Source: Sedimentisphaerales bacterium
GTDB taxonomy: Bacteria; Planctomycetota; Phycisphaerae; Sedimentisphaerales; SM23-30
Assembly: GCA_963663805.2 (NCBI GenBank)
Contig: CAXXMR010000012.1
Location: 352,001-416,000, forward strand
Direction of reading: 5' to 3'
DNA: 64,000 nucleotides
The position numbers and the translations under genes were made by a program. Each line of letters begins with the position of its first letter. The first letter of the stretch is position 1. Shown here one piece after another: positions 9,953-20,900 of the stretch. The notes beneath the pieces were generated by a model that was not told the origin of the DNA, did no database searches, and saw nothing but the letters and a program-made list of their open reading frames with translations.

Positions 9953-10963
9953 ATGAAAAGAATACTGGTTACGGGGGCGGCGGGGTTTATTGGGTCTAAT
10001 TTTGTGCGGCTATTGTTGGGAGAGAAGGTGGGACAATGGCGAGTGGCAGCTTTGGATTCGCTGACTTACGCGGGGAATCTGGCAAATCTGGTGGAGTTTA
10101 AAGACAATCCTGACTTTGAGTTCATCAAAGGGGATATTTGCGATATCGAGCTGATTGACAAGACCTTAGCGGGTATTGATGTGGTGGTTAACTTCGCGGC
10201 GGAAAGCCATGTGGACCGCAGTATTCTTTCGGCGGGTGAGTTTGTCAGGACCAATATTGAAGGCACCCGAGTGCTGCTGGATGGTTCGCGGAGGCATAAG
10301 ATAAGTCGATTTTTGCAGGTTTCTACGGACGAGGTTTATGGTTCGCTGGGCAAGACGGGGTTGTTTACCGAAACTACGCCTTTGAGTCCGAACAGCCCGT
10401 ACAGTGCCTCGAAGGCGGCGGCGGATTTGCTGGCGCTGGCGTATCATCGCACGTTTGGTTTTCCGGCGGTGATAACGCGGTGTTCGAATAATTATGGGCC
10501 CTATCAGTTCCCGGAAAAGCTGATACCGCTGTTCGTAACTAATTTGCTGGAGGATAAGAAGGTTCCGGTATATGGCGATGGAATGCAGGTGCGGGACTGG
10601 ATTCATGTGGAGGACCATTGCCGGGCAATATTGGCGGCGTTGGAGAAGGGGTGCGCCGGTGAAGTGTATAATATTGGGGGTGAAAATGAACAATACAATC
10701 TGGATATTACTCGGATAATCCTTAATTATCTGGGCAAGGATGATTCGTATATTGAGCATGTGACGGACCGGCTGGGGCATGACCGGCGGTACGCTATTGA
10801 CCCGAGCAAAAGCCGGACGGAGTTGGGGTGGCGGCCTTTGATAAGTTTTGAAGACGGGATGAAACAGACGATTCAGTGGTATATTGACAATAAGTCTTGG
10901 TGGGAGTCGATTAAGAGCGGGGACTATCTGAGCTATTATGAAAAGCAATACGCTGGGCGTTAA
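9953..10963 (+). CDS. rfbB: dTDP-glucose 4,6-dehydratase
   Basis: TGAAGFIGSNF, AAESHVDRSI, STDEVYG, YSASK, QFPEKLIP, GHDRRY. Confidence 0.97.
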   Translation: MKRILVTGAAGFIGSNFVRLLLGEKVGQWRVAALDSLTYAGNLANLVEFKDNPDFEFIKGDICDIELIDKTLAGIDVVVNFAAESHVDRSILSAGEFVRTNIEGTRVLLDGSRRHKISRFLQVSTDEVYGSLGKTGLFTETTPLSPNSPYSASKAAADLLALAYHRTFGFPAVITRCSNNYGPYQFPEKLIPLFVTNLLEDKKVPVYGDGMQVRDWIHVEDHCRAILAALEKGCAGEVYNIGGENEQYNLDITRIILNYLGKDDSYIEHVTDRLGHDRRYAIDPSKSRTELGWRPLISFEDGMKQTIQWYIDNKSWWESIKSGDYLSYYEKQYAGR

Positions 10964-10976
10964 CAGGGGCAGTTTT

Positions 10977-11858
10977 ATGGTCGATACAAATAAAAGCGTT
11001 GTGGTTATCGGCGCTGCCGGGATGCTGGGTCGTGAAGTTGCCGGTCAGTTGAAAGCGGCTGGCGTGCGCGTGACGGAAGCGAGTTGGCCTGAGAAGACGG
11101 CGGCGAGTTTGCTGCTGGATATAACCGATGCTGAAGCGGTAAATGATTTTCTGGCCGGTGTGAAGCCGGCGGCGGTGATTAATTGTGCGGCGTTTACGGA
11201 TGTTGACGGTGCGGAAAGTTCCGAAGCGGCAGCTCAGGCTGTAAACGCGAATGGGCCCGGCAATCTGGCGCGGGCGTGTAAGACCGCTGATTGTCGGCTG
11301 GTGCATGTGAGTACGGACTATGTGTTTGACGGTCAAGGTAACCGGCCTTATCTGCCGTCCGACCAAACCAGTCCGCAAACTGCGTATGGCAGGACTAAGT
11401 TGGCCGGCGAAGTGCTGATAGCGGAAGAAGCTGAGCAATGGTGTATTGTTCGGACCTCGTGGCTTTTCGGCAGTGGCGGCAGGAATTTTGTAGATACGAT
11501 AGTCAAACTGGCAGGCGAGCGGCAGGAGTTGAAGGTCGTAAATGACCAGGTTGGTTGTCCGACTTACGCGCCGGATTTAGCAAAATGTTTGATAGATTTA
11601 GCGGCAAAAGATGCTCAGGGTATCTATCATTTTTGTAATGGGCCGGCGTGCAGTTGGTATGATTTAGCCGGCGAAGCGGTGCGATTGTCAGGTTGTGACT
11701 GTCGGGTTATTCCTTGCAGCAGTGCGGAATTTCCGCGACCGGCTACCCGGCCTGCGTATTCCGTGTTGGATTGCAAAAGTGCTTTCACGATTCTGGGCAG
11801 GTCGGCTCGGAGCTGGCAGGAAGCGTTGGCAGAGCATCTGGGCGTAAGCGAGAATTAG
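10977..11858 (+). CDS. rfbD: dTDP-4-dehydrorhamnose reductase
   Basis: GAAGMLG, NCAAFTDVD, STDYVFDG, YGRTKLAGE, DQVGCPT, RPAYSVL. Confidence 0.96.
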   Translation: MVDTNKSVVVIGAAGMLGREVAGQLKAAGVRVTEASWPEKTAASLLLDITDAEAVNDFLAGVKPAAVINCAAFTDVDGAESSEAAAQAVNANGPGNLARACKTADCRLVHVSTDYVFDGQGNRPYLPSDQTSPQTAYGRTKLAGEVLIAEEAEQWCIVRTSWLFGSGGRNFVDTIVKLAGERQELKVVNDQVGCPTYAPDLAKCLIDLAAKDAQGIYHFCNGPACSWYDLAGEAVRLSGCDCRVIPCSSAEFPRPATRPAYSVLDCKSAFTILGRSARSWQEALAEHLGVSEN

Positions 11859-11915
11859 ATGATTGTCCGATAAGTTTCACGGACAGCTTATTATGTAACA
11901 AACAGGCAGATTTTC

Positions 11916-13916
11916 TTGGACAGGTTGAGAGAGAGAGACGGTCAGATAAAAGCTGTGATTTTGGCGGGCAATCTGGATTTTGGCAGATGTCCGGTGGCGT
12001 CGCGGTTGCCTTTTGCGCTTTGGCCTGTGGGTGGGAAGCCGGCGTTGATTGGGCTTCTGGAGGGATTAGCGGAGCAGGGGATTCGGGAGGCGACAGTTTG
12101 CTTTAGGGGGTACCGGCGATTGCTGGAAGAATCGCTGGCAGGTCTGGAGGTGGGGATTAAGATTGATTTGCTGGAAGAAGAACTTCCACTGGGTTCCGGG
12201 GGGTGTTTGCGCGAAGTTATGAAAAAAGATGAGGAACGGCATGAACGGCTTCTGGTCTGTCAGTCGAATGTGAGTCTGGTGCCGCAGGTTGCGGAATTGG
12301 TAGGATCGCATGAGCGGTCAGGGGCGATTTTGACCGTTACACTGCATAAAGAATGTGAAGTCGGTCGAGGAGAATACGATGCAGTTGGAGCTTATCTTTG
12401 TGATAGTTCACTGCGGGGTCATTTTTTGCCGGCGGGGTTTGGCGATATAAAGGAAGGGCTGATACCGCGGTTGAGGAGTCGCGGGTTAAAGGTTCACGCT
12501 CATCATACCGACAGGCCGTTGGGTAAGTTTGGTGGTCGGCAGGAATATCTGCGAGCGACGGCATTGTATCTGCAATCTTTTAATGAGTCTGACGCGGATA
12601 TGATGCGGGTGAGCGACGAGGCGGAAGTTGACGATAGCGTGCGGCTGGTGGGGCCGGTTATGGTTGAGGCAGGGGCACGATTGGCAAAAAATGTGGTGGT
12701 ACTCGGCCCGGCGGTAATCGGCAGAAATGTGAGAGTTGACGCGGATACTTTGATTGACAGCAGTGTTGTCTGGGAAGGAGCTGAGATTGGCGCATCATGC
12801 AGCATACAACGTTGCTTGCTGGACAGAAATGTTAGGGAACCGGATTGCACTCAACTGGAAGACCGCATCGAGAGTCTGGATAATCAGGGTATATCAGATG
12901 ATATTACCCGGAGAGTGAGGTCGATTGTGGGAAGGTCGAAATTAAAAATTAAGAAGACAGCTGCGAATACTGGGTCGGCGAAATCGGGTGTCGGTTTGGC
13001 TGGTGTGGAAGGAAGTTTTCGTGGGCCGATTGTTTGGGGCGGAGTCATATTACTGATAGCCTTTCTGTGGTCTTATTGGGCGACGGTGGAGAATATCTGG
13101 GGTATCTGGATACGTAACGACGAATATTCCAGTGGCCTGCTTGTGCCTATAATGGCGGTGTATATTCTCTGGAGTCGTCGCAAGGAGATTACCTCTTGTG
13201 AACTAAAGCCAAGCGTGTGGGGCTTGCTGGGATTTTTGGGGGCTCAGGCATTCCGGTTTTTTGGAATGTATTTTATGTTTGCCTCGGCGGAGCGAATTTC
13301 GTTAGTTATGAGTTTGGGCGCCATAATATTATTCGTTGGTGGGTGGGGGTTATTCAGAAAAATATTTACGGTTTGGCTGTTTTTGTTTTTGATGCTGCCT
13401 TTGCCGAACCGGGTTCAGACGGCAATTACTTTTCCTTTGCAGGTCTGGGCGACACATTCGGCGGTATTCTGTCTGGAGTTGATGGGCTATGAAGTTATAT
13501 GCGAAGGCAATGTTATTCATATGGGCTCAACGACGGTTGCGGTAGCTGAGGCCTGTAATGGGTTGCGGATGCTGACGGCATTTTTTGTGGTGAGCGGATT
13601 AGTTGCTTTACTAATCAAACGCGGTTTGTGGGAAAAGTTGTTTATTCTGGTATCAGCGCTGCCTATCGCCTTGATATGCAATACGATTCGTTTGACGGGG
13701 ACGGCGATTGCCTTTCAGATGCTGGCAGGTAATGGTCGGAACTGGGAAGAAGCGTTTCATGATTTTGGCGGGCTGGTGATGATGCCGCTGGCGTTGGCAC
13801 TTGTGGTGCTGGAACTGTGGTTTTTGAGCAAGATAGTCGTGCAACCGGAAACCGAGGTTGATGATAATGACGGTTTGCTGGTGGTGCGTGGCAATAGCGG
13901 GGGGGAGGTATCCTGA
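11916..13916 (+). CDS. Fusion: degenerate sugar-phosphate nucleotidyltransferase + LbH hexapeptide domain + exosortase (EpsH family)
   Basis: N-terminal KAVILAG...LP.ALWPVGGKP and ELPLGSGG; hexapeptide stretch; C-terminal multi-TM region with VAEACNG (Cys), NTIR (Arg) and FHD (His); one uninterrupted ORF. Confidence 0.88.
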   Translation: MDRLRERDGQIKAVILAGNLDFGRCPVASRLPFALWPVGGKPALIGLLEGLAEQGIREATVCFRGYRRLLEESLAGLEVGIKIDLLEEELPLGSGGCLREVMKKDEERHERLLVCQSNVSLVPQVAELVGSHERSGAILTVTLHKECEVGRGEYDAVGAYLCDSSLRGHFLPAGFGDIKEGLIPRLRSRGLKVHAHHTDRPLGKFGGRQEYLRATALYLQSFNESDADMMRVSDEAEVDDSVRLVGPVMVEAGARLAKNVVVLGPAVIGRNVRVDADTLIDSSVVWEGAEIGASCSIQRCLLDRNVREPDCTQLEDRIESLDNQGISDDITRRVRSIVGRSKLKIKKTAANTGSAKSGVGLAGVEGSFRGPIVWGGVILLIAFLWSYWATVENIWGIWIRNDEYSSGLLVPIMAVYILWSRRKEITSCELKPSVWGLLGFLGAQAFRFFGMYFMFASAERISLVMSLGAIILFVGGWGLFRKIFTVWLFLFLMLPLPNRVQTAITFPLQVWATHSAVFCLELMGYEVICEGNVIHMGSTTVAVAEACNGLRMLTAFFVVSGLVALLIKRGLWEKLFILVSALPIALICNTIRLTGTAIAFQMLAGNGRNWEEAFHDFGGLVMMPLALALVVLELWFLSKIVVQPETEVDDNDGLLVVRGNSGGEVS

Positions 13917-16270
13917 TGAATCAGTTGGATAATCAAATATACTATGAAGGTGAGCATCTGGAGGCGGAGTCCGGACAGGGAGCGGGGCCTTCAATCGGAC
14001 AAATGACAGCCGGGATACTGCGTTACTGGCGTTCAATTCTGGTTGTGTTTATACTAATTGTGGGTTTGGCATTGCCCTTGGTATGGTTTTTTGCGGGTGA
14101 AAAACATGAGGCTCAGACGGCTATCCATGTGGCTCCGGTAGTTTACAGCTTTCTGTTTCCTGACAAAGAATCGGATAATGTTCTGCCGATGTATGACAGT
14201 TTCAAGAATACTCAGGCTCAGTTTATGCTGAGCGAGAATGTTTTGCAGCGGGTGGCAGATGAGCTGGCGGATAAAAATCTGCCGCTGTTTGAAAAGCCCG
14301 CGGACGGTTTTTCGGAGCGATTGAAGCAGGTCTGGCGGCGACGCAGTCTGGATGTTCTGATGCAGGATAATTCCAGTATGATATATCTGCTGCGCCAGGC
14401 GATTCAAAAAGGACAACTGGTGGTGGCTTCGGACCGGCGGAGTGAATTGATTACGATTACCATGACCAGCAGCGACCCCAGAGAAGCAAAGCTGATTGTG
14501 GATGCTTTGGTGCGGGCGTATCAGGCGATTGTTTTGTCAAAGGATGAACAGGGCGAAGACAAGAAGCTGGCGGATTTGAATCTGGAGCGTCAGCGACTGA
14601 CGGAACAGGTGGACCAGTTTCAGTCTGATATTTACAGTATGGCAGAGCAGTATGGTACATCGGACCTGACCGCTCGTCAGGAAGTAATGATGGATATGGT
14701 CAAGGATTTGCAGTCCCAGTTGACCCAGACTCAGGCCGAGCGAGAGGCACTGGAGTCGCAATTGAATCTGCCGCTGGACCCAAATGGGCAGTTGGAGATG
14801 ACGCAGTTCGTGTCGCCGTTGAGTGAGCAGGATTTACTGAATCGGCGGAGTAAGTATATCAATGATGATGAACGTTTGAAGCGATTGACGGACAGTTTGA
14901 TTACGGCGGAAGAATCGCTGATTCGCATGAAGCAGAATCTGACGGAGGGTAATCCTGAGCTTCAGCGGCAGCATGATTATATCGCGGCTTTGGAGGGGCA
15001 TGCTAAGGAGCGTCGTCAGGAGCTTACCGAGGAGTTTGGGCAGATTGTCGAGGATGAAACGGATTTTCTGGAAAACACTTCAACAGGCCAGCGTGAGAGA
15101 CAGCGTGAGCGATTGAAGGCGGCATTGGTTCAGGTTGAAAAGCATGAGGAGCTGCTGAATAAGAGACTGGGAAAAGCTAATGAAGAAGCGATTAAGTTAG
15201 GTCGGGAGAATCTTCTGATCCAAAAGCGTCAGGACCAGTTATCGCTGACGAAAGAGCTTTATGATACGATTCGCCAGCGTATTCAGCAGATGGAGATGGA
15301 ACGTCGGCGGCCAGCACGTATTTCGGTGGCGTATGAGACTTCAGTTACCAATGTGGGCAGCAAACGCAATAAAATGTTAATCGCGGTTATATTCGCGGCT
15401 TTTGCGGCGGGGGTAGGCCAGGCGTTTTTGCGTTATAAGATGGACCGCAGTTTGCGTACACCGGAAGACATGGTACGTGAGGTAGGCCTGCCGATTATTG
15501 GCACGACGATGAGTCTGCCCAAGGGGAATCAGAAGGCTTTGCCGGAACAGTTCGCGTTTGATTATCAGACAATTCGTACGAACCTGAAACTGATAAATGA
15601 TGGTAATATTCCTCAACGGCTGGTTATTACCAGTCCGGTATCGGGTGAGGGCAAGACTACATTGTCAATTAATCTGGCAATCAGTCTGGCTCGTACGGGC
15701 CGCAAGGTTTTGCTGATAGACGGCGATTTGAAAAATCCTGATATCGCGGACCTGCTGAATATCAAGGATACGCGGGTTGGGTTTGCCGAGGTTGCTTCGG
15801 GGCAGGTTACTTTTGACCAGGCTGTCTGGCATATGCCGCAGACGAGTTTGTCGGTTCTGCCCACGGAAGTTAATCGTCATATCGACCTGGTGGAATTACT
15901 GAACCGGCCCGCGACAGTGGAATTATTTGAGCGATTGGATAAAGAGTATGACCATATTATAATCGATACCCCGCCGGTAATGGCAGCTCCGGAAGCTTTG
16001 CTCTGGGCCCGTATCGCGGGTTCGGTGGTTTTGAGCAGTCTGGCCGGCTATACGGCCGCAGCGATTCTGAAGGAAGCGATTGCACGTTTGGCGCTGGCGA
16101 GAGTGCGGATTCTGGGTAATGTGATGAGCAATGTTCGTTACGATAATGCCTATGGGGCGTATGGTTACGGGTACGGTTATGGTCATGGCCATGCGGATAA
16201 TGCAAAAAGACGTGAACAGAGTCAGTTTTTATTCCCTTTGGAAAACGAAGAACCAACACAGGCTGAATAG
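13916..16270 (+). CDS. Wzc-like polysaccharide co-polymerase / tyrosine autokinase
   Basis: Two TM segments flanking a coiled coil; SPVSGEGKTT Walker A, LIDGD, IIDTPP; Tyr cluster YGAYGYGYGY. Confidence 0.93.
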   Translation: MNQLDNQIYYEGEHLEAESGQGAGPSIGQMTAGILRYWRSILVVFILIVGLALPLVWFFAGEKHEAQTAIHVAPVVYSFLFPDKESDNVLPMYDSFKNTQAQFMLSENVLQRVADELADKNLPLFEKPADGFSERLKQVWRRRSLDVLMQDNSSMIYLLRQAIQKGQLVVASDRRSELITITMTSSDPREAKLIVDALVRAYQAIVLSKDEQGEDKKLADLNLERQRLTEQVDQFQSDIYSMAEQYGTSDLTARQEVMMDMVKDLQSQLTQTQAEREALESQLNLPLDPNGQLEMTQFVSPLSEQDLLNRRSKYINDDERLKRLTDSLITAEESLIRMKQNLTEGNPELQRQHDYIAALEGHAKERRQELTEEFGQIVEDETDFLENTSTGQRERQRERLKAALVQVEKHEELLNKRLGKANEEAIKLGRENLLIQKRQDQLSLTKELYDTIRQRIQQMEMERRRPARISVAYETSVTNVGSKRNKMLIAVIFAAFAAGVGQAFLRYKMDRSLRTPEDMVREVGLPIIGTTMSLPKGNQKALPEQFAFDYQTIRTNLKLINDGNIPQRLVITSPVSGEGKTTLSINLAISLARTGRKVLLIDGDLKNPDIADLLNIKDTRVGFAEVASGQVTFDQAVWHMPQTSLSVLPTEVNRHIDLVELLNRPATVELFERLDKEYDHIIIDTPPVMAAPEALLWARIAGSVVLSSLAGYTAAAILKEAIARLALARVRILGNVMSNVRYDNAYGAYGYGYGYGHGHADNAKRREQSQFLFPLENEEPTQAE

Positions 16271-16277
16271 TTTGGTT

Positions 16278-17921
16278 ATGGCAGTTGTAACTGAATATAT
16301 TATTTTGAATGATGAATTGCCACAGGCTGATTGTGGTTATGTGCGGAGCCTGCTGGAAAGCGGGTCAGTGGTGGGGGAAATTTTGCGAGTGGGTTTACGG
16401 CGGCAGGATGTCAGTTGTTATCTGCTGTTGCCTCGTGGATGGGATTTGGAAAATATTGATGATGATAGCAGGGTCGGTTATTATTCGGCTGATGGCGGTT
16501 TCGATTTTGGTAAAGCAGGTAGTGCGAATTCGGAAGGGTGGATATGTCTTTCTGATGGCCGTTATGTAGTCGATATGGATTATGAAAAGCTGGCGGGGGT
16601 GCTGGACAGGCTGGACGTCGATGTCGTTTGTGTGAACGTAGCGCCGGAGCTGGCGGCGTATCACGAGAAAATAAGACTTGATTCGCAGGGTGATGTGGCG
16701 GGTTTCCGACGGCTATACACTGACGAGTCGCGACGCTGTGCGGTGCCTAATAAACAACCTCATCGCACATATATAAAATCAACAGCCTGGCGGCAGTTGG
16801 CTGAGGACAGGATAATTCCTGTGGAGTACACCTTGCTTCAGAGGCGGTGCGGGGAGTCAGGTCTCTCTATGGCTGGGGTAGAAATGGCAGGGGCGATTCT
16901 GGATTTAGAAAGTGAAAAAGATTTACTGAGATTTTATCAGTGTTATTTGAAAAAACATATTAGTTCGCAGACAGTGGTAACCGGAGAAGGTGTTCAGATT
17001 GCCGATTCGGCTCGGTTGTTTGGTGCGGTTATTCTGGGCAGTAATGTAGTTGTAGAAAAAAACGTTATTCTGAGCGGGCCGGTTATGGTGGGAGATAACT
17101 GTCATATTGGTGCCGGTGCGGTAGTTTGTTCAGCGGTGTTGGGGACGGATGTGGATGTGCCGGCAGGAGGTCAGATTTCTCGTCGGGTAATTCTGAAACA
17201 TGATGATATTGACCGGATTAGCCAATCTCATTTTTTTCATGGAAACGCCGACTTGAATATTCGTTTCGGCCACGAAGAAGCTCATCGTTATCGCTGTTGG
17301 GCGAGATTTTCTTATGGGGGTATTTTCAAACGATTTGCGGATATTGTTTTCGCGTCAGTATTTCTTTTGCTGATGCTGCCTTTACTGCCGATAGTGGCTA
17401 TTCTGATAAAATTAGATTCACGGGGACCGGTGTTCTTTCGACACAAGCGTCAGGGGCGTCATGCCTGTGATTTCGGATGTGTAAAGCTACGGACGATGAT
17501 GGTGGGGGCCGACGATATTCAGGCCCGGCTGCGGAAAAAAAATGAAGTTGACGGGCCTCAGTTTAAGATAGATAATGACCCTCGGATATCCCGGTTGGGT
17601 GATTTCCTGCGGGAGACCTGTATCGATGAAATTCCGCAATTTTATAATGTTCTGGTTGGTCAGATGAGCGTAGTTGGTCCGCGGCCTTCGCCTGAGCAAG
17701 AAAACTCTTTATGCGCTCAGTGGCGTGATGGTCGTCTGTCGGTTCGGCCGGGAATAACGGGATTATGGCAGGTCTGCCGGACGCGTGAAGCCGGTCAGGA
17801 TTTTCAGGAATGGATTACCCACGACCTGAAATATGTGCGTAACTTATCATGGCAGCTTGATTTATGGATATGTTGGCGGACGTTTGTGCAACTGGTAACG
17901 AAATTTTTGCAGCAGTTTTAA
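16278..17921 (+). CDS. Priming sugar transferase (Bac_transf) with an N-terminal nucleotidyltransferase-like/LbH extension
   Basis: C-terminal KRFADI, GPVFF, KLRTM, DPRI, DEIPQFYNVL.G.MSVVGPRP, RPGITGLWQV; hexapeptide repeats upstream. Confidence 0.9.
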   Translation: MAVVTEYIILNDELPQADCGYVRSLLESGSVVGEILRVGLRRQDVSCYLLLPRGWDLENIDDDSRVGYYSADGGFDFGKAGSANSEGWICLSDGRYVVDMDYEKLAGVLDRLDVDVVCVNVAPELAAYHEKIRLDSQGDVAGFRRLYTDESRRCAVPNKQPHRTYIKSTAWRQLAEDRIIPVEYTLLQRRCGESGLSMAGVEMAGAILDLESEKDLLRFYQCYLKKHISSQTVVTGEGVQIADSARLFGAVILGSNVVVEKNVILSGPVMVGDNCHIGAGAVVCSAVLGTDVDVPAGGQISRRVILKHDDIDRISQSHFFHGNADLNIRFGHEEAHRYRCWARFSYGGIFKRFADIVFASVFLLLMLPLLPIVAILIKLDSRGPVFFRHKRQGRHACDFGCVKLRTMMVGADDIQARLRKKNEVDGPQFKIDNDPRISRLGDFLRETCIDEIPQFYNVLVGQMSVVGPRPSPEQENSLCAQWRDGRLSVRPGITGLWQVCRTREAGQDFQEWITHDLKYVRNLSWQLDLWICWRTFVQLVTKFLQQF

Positions 17922-17940
17922 TATTGTAAAAGGGAAACCC

Positions 17941-20900
17941 ATGGCAAAGAAGAGAATCAACTGGGCGATTATCCTGGTGGTATTGATTGGCATACTGGTT
18001 CTGGGGCTGACGGCTTATGGTGTGCGGAAATGGCAACGGAGCCGTTGGGCTGATGAAGGTTTGACTTTAGGGACCAGGGCTTTTGAGGAAAAGAACTGGT
18101 CGGAAGCGGCGGCGCAGTTTGGTCGTTATCTGGCTCGGGAGCAGGAAGACATTGATATTCTGATGAAGTATGCCGAGGCGCAATTGAAGATTCGTCCGCC
18201 CAAACAAAATAACATTCAGCAGGCTACTCAGGCGTATCGCAATATTCTGCGTTTGGATAAAGGCAATGTCGAGGCTGTTAAGCAGCTTTGCCAGTTGTAT
18301 CTGATGCTGAAGGCGCCGGGCGAGGCGGAACTGATTGTACGTGAAGCATTGGGAAGCAATCCTGATATTGAAAATCAGCGGCAGTTGGTAGCGGCTTTGG
18401 TAGCTCAACGCAAATATGAGGAAGTCACGGCGGAACTGAGCAAGATAATGGCTGGTGATGACAAGCCAGTGTGGGCTTATGAGTTGACAGCTCAACTGGC
18501 TGACGCTCACAAAGAATTTTTCCCGGAGGATGAAACCGCAGAATACTGGATGAGCAAAATGTTTGAGCAGCATCCGAATTCCGCCGACGCGTACCTGGCA
18601 CGAGCGATGTATTATGTCAAGTATCGTGAAAACGAAAAAGCCCGTGCGGATTTGGATAAGGCCCGTAACCTGGTCCCTGATACGCAGGAATCGAAAATGC
18701 GGCTGGCGGAAAGTTATTTTATCCTGAACGATATGCCGGCTGGGGTTGAGGTTTTGGAGGAGATTAAAGCCGCGAACGCTGATTCTCATGCCTTGTGGCG
18801 TGATTTGTTGATGGCGGCCAGAAAAACCGGTTCTGACGAAAAAGTATATCAGACTATTGAGGATGCTCTGGCGAGTCTTTCGTCATCAAATCGATGGGAT
18901 TTTCTGCCGACGGCGATTGATAATTTGATTCAGCTGAAAAAAGTGGAGCGGGCATCTGAATGTCTTGAAGATATTCGCAAGGCCGAGGTTTTGCCGGGAC
19001 GTGTTGCTTTGTGGGACGGCCTGATTGCTCAGAGCAAGGGAGATAACTATAGAGCCATTGCCTCTCTGCAGAGGGCGCTGGAGTTAGGGGAGAGGTCGCC
19101 GCAGCTTCGTTTGATGCTGGCAGAGTGTTTAGATAAATCAGGGGACAGGCTGTCGGCGCAACGTTGTCTGGAGCTTTTGATTGCCGATCAGCCAAACTCG
19201 GCAGAGGCTCATTATCAATTGGGGCGGATGCTACTGAGAAATCACCTGTTTTCTCAAGCCTTGAATCATGGTGTTCGTGCTGAAGAAATAGCTTCTTCCA
19301 GTCGGAACACGCTGCTTATTTTGCAGTCCCGGATGCTGGAGCTTATAAGCCAGAAGACGGACCGAAATTCGCAGGCATGGCAGGCACTGGAGGCGGATGT
19401 TGATAAGGCTGTGAAATCGATGAAAGATTCGGCGTCTTTAAAGCGTTTGCAGTTGCAGATGGCCTTGCAGCAGGAGAAATACGACCAGGCCGAAAGTGTT
19501 CTGGCGGAACTGAAAACGCTGCATGATGATGAAGCAGCCGTCGCGGGAGATGAAGTGGTTGTGCTGGTGGCGAAAAAGGAATTTGGCCGGGCTGAAATAA
19601 AATTGCAGGAGATGATAAAAGATAATCCTGATTCCGTGTCCCAGGTAATGAGCCTTGTGAATCTTTATGCTATGGATGATGATAAGGCTGAATGCGAAAA
19701 GTTGCTGTCGGATACTATCGAGCGGTTGGAAGGTTCTTCGGTACAGCGGGATGTGGGGCTGACGCTGGCGGGATTGTACCGTACGTGGCAGCAGCCGGAA
19801 AAATCTTATGAATTACTGACGAGTTTGTCCGAGGCGATGCCAAATGATATTCCCCTGAAACGTGAACTGCTGAACGCCGAAGAAGTGCAGGCAGATAAAC
19901 AGCAGGCTCAGAAGATTATTGATGAGATTAAATCAATTGAGGGTGAAGACGGTTGGCAGTGGCGTTATGAACAGGCGCGATTGTGGATGGGTGGTTCGGA
20001 TAAAGACTTCAATGAGAATTATCAGTTGTTATCAACTCTGCTGAAGGAGAATATGACGGCAAATCCGTCGGACCAGGGCAGTCGTCTTTTGCTGGCTTCG
20101 GCTTATGAGCGGGCGGGGGAATTGCAAATGTCGGCATCGACGTGTCGTGAGGCCTTGACTTACGCCCCGAATGATCTGGCGATTATGGTGATGACGATTC
20201 GGGCACTTAGCCGGGCCGGTAATGTCGATGAGGCGGATATGATTATGGACCGGGCGGCCAGACTTAATCCAAATCATCCTGATGTGTCTCGACTGATGCT
20301 GCAAAGGCATTATCGTAAAGGCGAGTTCAGCGACGCGGAAAAGATTCTGGAAGCTTTTCTGAAAGATAATCCTTCGGATATTGCCAATCGTTTGGCTCTG
20401 GCACGGGTAAAGTCGCAGGAGAGCAAATATGAAGACGCTAAGGTGATTCTGGACGCTTTGCGTAATGAAAAGCCGGACTCATTGGAAATCGCGGTGGCGT
20501 CAATTGAACTCAACGTGAACCTGGGCGATAAGGAGCGAGCTTTGCAGCAATGTGACGAGCTGCTTAATAAGGATAATTCAATCGGAGCGGCTATGGCTTG
20601 TGCGAATGTTTATAACTATCTGGGCCAAGGTGACAAGGCATTAGCGGCGTGGGACCGGGCTGGTAAGGCGGCTCCTGAGAATCCACTAATCATGCTGCGT
20701 AAGCATGATTATTATCGGGACCACAATCAAATGGAAAACGCGGTAGCTGCAATTGAAAACGCGTTGAATCTGGCACCGGATAATCTTGATATTATCAAAC
20801 GGGCCGTGATTACGTTCCTGCAATCCGGCAAGGCCGACCAGGTGGAGAAAGGCAAGGCTTTGCTGGAGCAGGCTCTGGCGAACAGTCCTAAGGATGTTGA

